Below are positions 58,080 through 64,000 of a DNA stretch of 64,000 nt, one piece after another. This DNA comes from Escherichia phage JoYop: sequence record OR769032.1; one strand, written 5' to 3'. The notes beneath the pieces were generated by a model that saw nothing but the letters and a program-made list of their open reading frames with translations, did not search any database and was not told the DNA's origin. The stretch's first letter is position 1. Each line of letters begins with the position of its first letter. A program made the translations under genes and the position numbers.

Positions 58080-60062
58080 ATGGCAAATACCCCTGTAAAT
58101 TATCAATTAACAAGAACAGCAAATGCTATTCCCGAGATATTCGTCGGGGGTACATTTGCTGAAATAAAACAAAACCTGATTGAATGGCTTAATGGCCAAA
58201 ATGAGTTTTTGGATTATGATTTTGAAGGCTCAAGATTAAACGTTCTGTGTGACCTTTTGGCTTATAATACATTATACATTCAGCAGTTTGGTAATGCTGC
58301 TGTGTATGAAAGCTTCATGCGTACTGCTAACTTACGAAGTTCAGTTGTTCAGGCTGCACAAGATAACGGATATTTACCTACTTCAAAATCAGCTGCACAG
58401 ACTGAAATTATGTTAACATGTACAGACGCATTGAATAGAAACTATATCACCATTCCACGTGGCACTCGTTTTTTAGCATATGCAAAAGACACTTCCGTTA
58501 ATCCATATAACTTCGTTTCTACCGAAGACGTTATTGCTATTCGTGATAAAAATAACCAATATTTTCCACGTTTAAAACTTGCTCAGGGACGTATAGTAAG
58601 AACCGAAATCATTTATGATAAATTGACACCTATTATCATTTATGATAAAAATATTGATAGAAACCAAGTTAAATTATATGTTGATGGAGCGGAATGGATC
58701 AACTGGACAAGAAAATCAATGGTTCATGCTGGTTCTACATCAACAATTTACTACATGCGTGAAACTATTGATGGAAATACTGAATTTTATTTTGGTGAAG
58801 GTGAGATTTCCGTTAATGCGGCAGAAGGAGCTCTAACTGCTAACTATATTGGAGGTCTTAAACCTACTCAGAACTCAACTATCGTTATTGAATATATCAG
58901 TACTAATGGTGCAGATGCGAATGGCGCAGTCGGATTTTCATATGCAGATACATTGACAAATATAACTGTCATCAATATTAATGAAAATCCAAATGATGAC
59001 CCAGATTTTGTTGGTGCTGATGGCGGTGGTGATCCAGAAGATATTGAACGTATTCGTGAATTGGGTACTATTAAGCGTGAAACTCAGCAGCGATGCGTAA
59101 CTGCGACAGATTATGATACATTTGTCTCAGAAAGATTTGGTTCTATTATTCAAGCTGTCCAGACTTTCACTGATTCTACTAAACCTGGTTATGCATTTAT
59201 TGCTGCTAAACCAAAATCAGGACTGTATTTGACTACTGTACAACGTGAAGATATTAAAAATTATCTCAAAGATTATAATTTAGCACCTATTACACCATCA
59301 ATTATTTCTCCTAATTATCTTTTCATTAAGACTAATTTAAAAGTCACATATGCTTTAAATAAGCTGCAAGAATCTGAACAGTGGCTTGAAGGTCAAATAA
59401 TTGATAAAATTGATCGCTATTATACTGAAGATGTAGAAATTTTTAACTCATCTTTCGCTAAGTCTAAGATGTTAACTTATGTAGATGATGCAGATCATTC
59501 TATCATTGGTTCATCAGCGACTATTCAAATGGTTCGTGAAGTACAAAACTTCTATAAAACGCCTGAAGCTGGTATTAAATACAATAATCAAATAAAAGAC
59601 CGTTCTATGGAATCTAATACGTTTTCATTTAATTCTGGACGAAAAGTTGTAAATCCTGATACTGGTTTAGAAGAAGATGTATTATACGATGTTCGTATAG
59701 TATCAACAGACCGAGATTCTAAAGGAATTGGTAAAGTTATTATCGGTCCATTTGCTTCTGGCGATGTTACAGAAAATGAAAATATTCAGCCATACACAGG
59801 AAATGATTTTAACAAATTAGCAAACTCCACAGGACGCGACAAATACTATGTTATTGGTGAAATAAACTATCCAGCTGACACAATTTACTGGAATATCGCT
59901 AAAATTAATTTAACATCTGAAAAATTTGAAGTTCAGACTATTGAATTATATTCTGACCCAACAGATGATGTTATCTTTACTCGCGATGGTTCACTGATTG
60001 TATTTGAAAATGACTTACGTCCACAATACTTAACTATCGATTTGGAGCCTATATCACAATGA
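58080..60062 (+). CDS. 6: baseplate wedge protein
   Basis: 660 aa; length and position match T4 gp6. Confidence 0.92.
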   Translation: MANTPVNYQLTRTANAIPEIFVGGTFAEIKQNLIEWLNGQNEFLDYDFEGSRLNVLCDLLAYNTLYIQQFGNAAVYESFMRTANLRSSVVQAAQDNGYLPTSKSAAQTEIMLTCTDALNRNYITIPRGTRFLAYAKDTSVNPYNFVSTEDVIAIRDKNNQYFPRLKLAQGRIVRTEIIYDKLTPIIIYDKNIDRNQVKLYVDGAEWINWTRKSMVHAGSTSTIYYMRETIDGNTEFYFGEGEISVNAAEGALTANYIGGLKPTQNSTIVIEYISTNGADANGAVGFSYADTLTNITVININENPNDDPDFVGADGGGDPEDIERIRELGTIKRETQQRCVTATDYDTFVSERFGSIIQAVQTFTDSTKPGYAFIAAKPKSGLYLTTVQREDIKNYLKDYNLAPITPSIISPNYLFIKTNLKVTYALNKLQESEQWLEGQIIDKIDRYYTEDVEIFNSSFAKSKMLTYVDDADHSIIGSSATIQMVREVQNFYKTPEAGIKYNNQIKDRSMESNTFSFNSGRKVVNPDTGLEEDVLYDVRIVSTDRDSKGIGKVIIGPFASGDVTENENIQPYTGNDFNKLANSTGRDKYYVIGEINYPADTIYWNIAKINLTSEKFEVQTIELYSDPTDDVIFTRDGSLIVFENDLRPQYLTIDLEPISQ

Positions 60063-63000
60063 CAGTAAAAGCACCTTCAGTCACTAGTCTCAGAATTTCC
60101 AAGTTATCCGCAAATCAGGTGCAAGTACGCTGGGATGACGTTGGTGCTAATTTCTACTATTTTGTAGAAATCGCTGAGACAAAAACAGACTCGGGGGAAA
60201 ATCTCCCGAGCGATCAATATCGTTGGATTAATTTAGGATATACAGCAAATAATAGTTTCTTTTTTGATGACGCTGATCCACTTACATCGTATGTTATTAG
60301 AGTAGCTACGGCGGCTCAAGATTTTGAGCAGTCTGACTGGATTTATACTGAAGAGTTTGAAACTTTTGCTACGAATGCTTACACATTTCAAAATATGATT
60401 GAAATGCAATTAGCTAATAAATTCATTCAGGAAAAGTTCACTCTTAATAATTCTGATTATGTTAATTTTAATAATGACACCATAATGGCTGCATTGATGA
60501 ATGAATCGTTCCAATTCAGCCCATCGTATGTTGATGTCTCATCAATCAGTAATTTTATTATTGGCGAAAATGAGTATCATGAAATACAAGGTTCTATTCA
60601 GCAAGTATGTAAGGATATTAACCGAGTTTATTTGATGGAATCGGAAGGTATTCTATATCTTTTTGAGCGCTATCAACCCGTAGTTAAAGTATCTAATGAT
60701 AAAGGACAAACCTGGAAAGCTGTAAAGCTCTTCAATGACCGTGTAGGGTATCCTTTATCTAAGACTGTATATTACCAATCTGCAAACACAACATACGTTC
60801 TAGGATACGACAAGATTTTCTATGGCCGTAAATCGACTGACGTTAGATGGTCAGCAGATGATGTCAGATTCAGTTCACAGGATATAACATTTGCTAAATT
60901 AGGAGACCAACTTCATTTAGGATTCGATGTTGAAATCTTCGCTACTTATGCTACTTTACCAGCGAATGTATATCGTATAGCTGAGGCTATTACTTGCACG
61001 GATGATTATATCTATGTTGTTGCCAGAGATAAAGTTAGATACATAAAAACGAGTAATGCACCCATAGATTCTGATCCATTATCTCCAACATACTCGGAAA
61101 GACTTTTTGAACCTGACACAATGACTATAACCGGAAATCCTAAAGCAGTATGCTATAAAATGGATTCTGTCGGTGATAAAGTTTTTGCTCTTATTATTGG
61201 TGAAGTTGAAACATTAAATGCCAATCCTAGAACATCAAAAATAATTGATTCCGCTGATAAAGGAATATATGTTTTAAACCATGATACGAAAACATGGAAA
61301 AGAGTTTTTGGTAATACCGAAGAAGAGAGAAGACGTATTCAACCTGGATATGCGAATATGTCAACTGATGGTAAATTAGTTTCTCTGTCTTCAAGTAATT
61401 TTAAATTTTTAAGTGATAACGTTGTTAATGACCCTGAAACTGCGGCAAAATATCAGTTAATTGGTGCTGTTAAATATGAATTTCCTCGCGAATGGTTAGC
61501 TGATAAACATTATCACATGATGGCGTTTATAGCGGATGAAAAATCTGATTGGGAGACTTTTACTCCTCAGCCGATGAAATACTACGCAGAACCATTCTTT
61601 AACTGGTCTAAAAAATCTAACACACGCTGTTGGATAAACAACTCTGATAGAGCTGTAGTAGTTTATGCGGATTTAAAATACACCAAAGTTATAGAAAATA
61701 TTCCGGAAACATCACCAGATAGATTAGTACATGAATACTGGGATGATGGCGATTGCACTATAGTAATGCCAAATGTTAAATTCACTGGATTTAAAAAATA
61801 TGCATCTGGGATGCTTTTCTATAAAGCCTCTGGCGAAATAATTTCTTATTATGATTTTAACTATCGTGTGAGAGATACAGTAGAAATTATTTGGAAGCCA
61901 ACCGGGGTATTTTTAAAAGCGTTTTTACAAAATCAGGAGCATGAAACTCCTTGGTCACCGGAAGAAGAGCATGGATTAGCTGACCCTGATTTAAGACCAT
62001 TAATTGGCACAATGATGCCTGATTCTTATTTGTTACAGGATTCGAATTTTGAGGCATTTTGCGAAGCATATATTCAATATCTTTCTGATGGATACGGAAC
62101 TCAGTATAATAATTTGCGAAATTTAATTCGTAATCAGTATCCACGAGAAGAGCATGCATGGGAATATTTGTGGTCAGAGATATATAAAAGAAACATTTAT
62201 TTAAATGCTGACAAACGCGATGCTGTTGCAAGATTCTTTGAATCACGTAGTTATGATTTTTATTCTACTAAAGGAATTGAAGCATCATACAAATTTCTTT
62301 TTAAAGTTCTTTATAATGAAGAAGTTGAAATTGAAATTGAATCGGGAGCAGGTACTGAATATGATGTAATCATTCAATCTGATTCTCTTACAGAAGATTT
62401 AGTAGGACAGACTATCTATACTGCAACCGGAAGATGCAATGTTACTTATATAGAAAGAAGTTATTCTAATGGTAAATTGCAATGGACTGTGACTATACAT
62501 AATCTTTTGGGGCGTTTAATAGCAGGACAAGAAGTTAAAGCAGAAAGACTTCCGGGATTTGAAGGCGAAATTATTCGTGGTGTTAAAGGAAAGGATTTGC
62601 TTCAAAATAATATAGACTATATTAATAGAAGTCGGTCATACTACGTAATGAAAATTAAATCCAATTTACCTTCTTCCCGCTGGAAATCTGACGTTATTCG
62701 TTTTGTTCACCCAGTAGGATTTGGATTTATAGCAATTACACTTTTAACTATGTTTATTAATGTCGGTTTAACTCTTAAACATACAGAGACAATAATTAAT
62801 AAATATAAAAACTACAAATGGGATTCTGGATTGCCTACTGAATATGCTGATAGAGTAGCTAAATTAACTCCTACCGGTGAAATTGAACACGATTCAGTAA
62901 CAGGCGAAGCAATTTATGAACCTGGTCCAATGGCTGGTGTAAAATATCCTCTTCCTGATGACTATAATGCTGAAAATAATAATTCAATGTTTCAAGGTCA

Positions 63001-63157
63001 ATTGCCGTCTGAACGACGTAAATTAATGAGTCCTCTATTTGATGCATCTGGAACAACATTTGCGCAATTTAGAGATTTAGTTAATAAACGTCTAAAAGAT
63101 AATATAGGAAATCCAAGAGACCCTGAAAATCCAACACAGGTTAAAATAGATGAATGA
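60059..63157 (+). CDS. 7: baseplate wedge initiator
   Basis: 1032 aa; length and position match T4 gp7. Confidence 0.92.
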   Translation: MTVKAPSVTSLRISKLSANQVQVRWDDVGANFYYFVEIAETKTDSGENLPSDQYRWINLGYTANNSFFFDDADPLTSYVIRVATAAQDFEQSDWIYTEEFETFATNAYTFQNMIEMQLANKFIQEKFTLNNSDYVNFNNDTIMAALMNESFQFSPSYVDVSSISNFIIGENEYHEIQGSIQQVCKDINRVYLMESEGILYLFERYQPVVKVSNDKGQTWKAVKLFNDRVGYPLSKTVYYQSANTTYVLGYDKIFYGRKSTDVRWSADDVRFSSQDITFAKLGDQLHLGFDVEIFATYATLPANVYRIAEAITCTDDYIYVVARDKVRYIKTSNAPIDSDPLSPTYSERLFEPDTMTITGNPKAVCYKMDSVGDKVFALIIGEVETLNANPRTSKIIDSADKGIYVLNHDTKTWKRVFGNTEEERRRIQPGYANMSTDGKLVSLSSSNFKFLSDNVVNDPETAAKYQLIGAVKYEFPREWLADKHYHMMAFIADEKSDWETFTPQPMKYYAEPFFNWSKKSNTRCWINNSDRAVVVYADLKYTKVIENIPETSPDRLVHEYWDDGDCTIVMPNVKFTGFKKYASGMLFYKASGEIISYYDFNYRVRDTVEIIWKPTGVFLKAFLQNQEHETPWSPEEEHGLADPDLRPLIGTMMPDSYLLQDSNFEAFCEAYIQYLSDGYGTQYNNLRNLIRNQYPREEHAWEYLWSEIYKRNIYLNADKRDAVARFFESRSYDFYSTKGIEASYKFLFKVLYNEEVEIEIESGAGTEYDVIIQSDSLTEDLVGQTIYTATGRCNVTYIERSYSNGKLQWTVTIHNLLGRLIAGQEVKAERLPGFEGEIIRGVKGKDLLQNNIDYINRSRSYYVMKIKSNLPSSRWKSDVIRFVHPVGFGFIAITLLTMFINVGLTLKHTETIINKYKNYKWDSGLPTEYADRVAKLTPTGEIEHDSVTGEAIYEPGPMAGVKYPLPDDYNAENNNSMFQGQLPSERRKLMSPLFDASGTTFAQFRDLVNKRLKDNIGNPRDPENPTQVKIDE

Positions 63158-64000
63158 TTCAAGTGTTATCTATCGTGCGATAGTTACTTCAAAATTTAGA
63201 ACAGAAAAAATGTTGAATTTTTATAATTCAATTGGAAGTGGTCCGGATAAAAACACTATCTTTATCACATTTGGAAGATCAGAACCGTGGTCATCAAATG
63301 AAAATGAGGCGGGCTTTGCCCCGCCTTATCCCACTGATTCTGTATTAGGTGTAACTGATATGTGGACGCATATGATGGGAACTGTAAAGGTTCTTCCATC
63401 GATGCTCGATGCAGTTATTCCTCGTCGAGATTGGGGAGATACTAGATATCCGGATCCATACACGTTTAGAATTAATGATATTGTAGTGTGTAACTCAGCT
63501 CCTTACAATGCTACTGAATCAGGCGCGGGTTGGTTAGTGTATCGCTGTTTAGATGTTCCTGATACTGGAATGTGCTCAATAGCATCTTTAACTAATAAGG
63601 ATGAATGTCTTAAATTAGGTGGAAAATGGACACCTTCTGTTAGGTCAATGACTCCTCCTGAAGGTCGAGGAGATGCTGAAGGAACAATTGAACCCGGAGA
63701 CGGATATGTGTGGGAATATCTTTTTGAGATTCCGCCTGATGTATCTATAAATAGATGCACGAATGAATATATCGTGGTTCCTTGGCCTGAGGAATTAAAA
63801 GAAAACCCGACTAGATGGGGATATGAAGATAATCTCACTTGGCAACAAGACGATTTTGGATTAATTTATCGTGTTAAAGCTAATACAATTCGCTTTAAAG
63901 CATATTTAGACTCAGTTTATTTTCCTGAAGCTGCACTGCCAGGAAATAAAGGGTTTAGACAAATATCGATAATTACAAATCCTCTTGAAGCCAAAGCTCA
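63150..64000 (+). CDS. 8: baseplate wedge protein, 5' portion (runs off window end)
   Basis: ATG 63150 overlapping gene 7 stop; MNDSSVIYRAIVTSKFRTEKMLNFYNS matches T4 gp8 as recalled. Confidence 0.9.
   Translation, partial: MNDSSVIYRAIVTSKFRTEKMLNFYNSIGSGPDKNTIFITFGRSEPWSSNENEAGFAPPYPTDSVLGVTDMWTHMMGTVKVLPSMLDAVIPRRDWGDTRYPDPYTFRINDIVVCNSAPYNATESGAGWLVYRCLDVPDTGMCSIASLTNKDECLKLGGKWTPSVRSMTPPEGRGDAEGTIEPGDGYVWEYLFEIPPDVSINRCTNEYIVVPWPEELKENPTRWGYEDNLTWQQDDFGLIYRVKANTIRFKAYLDSVYFPEAALPGNKGFRQISIITNPLEAKA

Noticed and set aside
63503-63838. Minus-strand ORF of 111 aa
   Set aside because: Lies antisense within gene 8, which is supported by protein identity; likely spurious.

Overview
This window reads as a T-even (T4-type, Tequatrovirus-like) phage segment, recognised by eye from protein sequences and gene order; no database search was run. 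From about 1 to 54,900 nearly all genes are on the minus strand: uvsX, a GT-A glycosyltransferase in the beta-gt position, gene 42, imm, DNA polymerase gene 43, regA-62-44-45, rpbA, 46/47, alpha-gt, gene 55, nrdH/nrdG/nrdD (uninterrupted), gene 49, nrdC, a roughly 12 kb accessory block between nrdC and tk, rI, tk, regB, denV, lysozyme e, nudE, a nine-gene tRNA cluster, 57B (Acb1-type 2H phosphoesterase), 57A and genes 1, 3, 2, 4. From 54,947 the plus strand carries late baseplate genes 53, 5, 5.1, 5.4, 6, 7 and the start of 8. Intergenic regions show T4-type early promoters on the minus strand (GTTTAC -35 plus a conserved -10 block), UUCG-tetraloop hairpins and a few TATAAATA late promoters. 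The best candidates for undescribed function are: (1) six genes sharing an internal-protein capsid-targeting N-terminus, one of them an autonomous unit bounded by two terminators with its own late promoter beside the tRNA genes; (2) the nrdC-tk block, with four tandem coiled-coil proteins and a GIY-YIG endonuclease, P-loop ATPase and nucleotidyltransferase trio; (3) a macro-domain-like protein beside two secreted proteins; (4) a tandem array of membrane-protein paralogs with a conserved gene-junction motif; (5) two signal-peptide genes behind their own early promoter between imm and gene 43. Coordinates of small ORFs, promoters and hairpins were indexed by hand and may be off by a few bases; starts were adjusted where the supplied ORF began at a non-ATG codon.
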